Assembly: GCA_050247435.1 (NCBI GenBank)
Contig: JBFWUF010000015.1
Span: forward strand, 29 to 64,028
Direction: 5' to 3'
Length of the DNA: 64,000 nucleotides
Source: Blastocatellales bacterium
Lineage (GTDB): Bacteria > Acidobacteriota > Blastocatellia > RBC074
Shown: piece after piece, positions 63,554 to 64,000 of the stretch
How the letters are laid out: each line of letters opens with the position of its first letter
Numbering within the stretch: position 1 is the first letter of the stretch
The notes under the pieces: model-generated
Seen by the model: only the letters and a program-made list of their open reading frames with translations
Database searches by the model: none
What the model was told of the DNA's origin: nothing
Program-made: the position numbers and the translations under genes

Positions 63554-64000
63554 ACGAAACATCCCGCAATCATCCACAAGAAATGGCCGCAATCCGCAAT
63601 CCGCAGATGCGGGCCCTGACCGTCTCCGCTCCCGAAAAGATGGAACTGCGCGAGATCGCCGCGCCTGAAATCGGCCCGCGCGAAGTTCTGATCAAATCGG
63701 GCGCGGTCGGGCTGTGCGGCACCGACTTCCACATTTATCAGGGGCACGCCAACTACAATTTTGACGACGCGGGACGGCAAATCCCCTTCGAGGAGCGGCC
63801 ACAGATTCTGGGCCATGAATTCTGCGGCGTCGTAGTTGACGTCGGCTCCGAGGTGAAAGATTTGAAAGCCGGAGATCGCGTCGTGGTGGATCAGGGCATC
63901 AACTGCCTGAGCCGCGCCGCAGCGGAATTGTGCGAATACTGCGCGACGGGCAATTCACATCAATGCGCGCGCTACGAAGAACATGGCATCACGGGCTTGC
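63550..64000 (+). CDS. Zinc-binding alcohol dehydrogenase-family protein (partial; the 3' end lies outside the window). Its N-terminus contains AAIRNPQ encoded by (CAATCCG)x3.
   Basis: [12 protein letters not shown] and LCGTDFH zinc-ADH motifs. The ATGA overlap with the upstream stop was read from the sequence. Confidence 0.7.
   Translation, partial: MNETSRNHPQEMAAIRNPQMRALTVSAPEKMELREIAAPEIGPREVLIKSGAVGLCGTDFHIYQGHANYNFDDAGRQIPFEERPQILGHEFCGVVVDVGSEVKDLKAGDRVVVDQGINCLSRAAAELCEYCATGNSHQCARYEEHGITGL

Overview
This is a GC-rich (roughly 60%) bacterial chromosomal segment. The many CarboxypepD_reg/TonB-dependent-receptor-like giant outer-membrane proteins, the ECF-sigma/Ser-Thr-kinase-TPR pair and the secreted YVTN beta-propeller suggest an Acidobacteria-like organism (inference). 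The first ~12 kb is a complete, apparently intact type I-G (formerly I-U)-like CRISPR-Cas locus on the minus strand, in the order WYL-domain regulator, small ORF, cas3, short Cas8u-like ORF, cas7-like, csb2 (Cas5-Cas6 fusion), an extra RAMP ORF, cas4-cas1 fusion, cas2, terminator hairpin, AT-rich leader with a sigma70-like promoter, and a 36-bp-repeat array with 7 repeats that is cut by the window edge. The cas3 has its helicase N-terminal and HD domain C-terminal. The effector module is non-canonical: a 316-aa protein sits where the ~700-aa Cas8u2 is expected, and a second glycine-rich-loop RAMP of 272 aa follows csb2. A 214-nt stem-loop-dense gap lies inside the operon, and a solitary repeat-derived fragment sits in the cas3 promoter region. 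The rest is largely housekeeping/accessory chromosome: sucC flanked by two divergent paralogous secreted proteins of unknown family, RNase J, ksgA, an EamA transporter, ftsY, an MFS transporter, a GATase, a DUF433/DUF5615 TA-like pair, a GIY-YIG nuclease, a ChbG-like deacetylase, an L,D-transpeptidase, a PQQ dehydrogenase, two ~1200-aa TonB-receptor-like OMPs, an APC permease, a beta-CASP MBL hydrolase, a DsrE/F/H-like trio, a PAP2/vanadium-haloperoxidase-like protein, a YVTN propeller, ECF sigma + STK-TPR, aceE, a frameshifted transposase remnant, purD, rpsU, lpxC, a CPA2 antiporter, an MMPL exporter + LolA-like lipoprotein, a Uma2 endonuclease, an SDR epimerase and a Zn-ADH. Other notable non-coding signals: a dispersed family of 75-105-bp palindromic MITE/REP-like elements with CCTGGG...CCCAGG termini at five or more intergenic sites (one between cas genes), an AT-rich inverted-repeat element, heptamer microsatellites forming an imperfect palindrome inside the MMPL gene, and a 12-bp VNTR inside ksgA.
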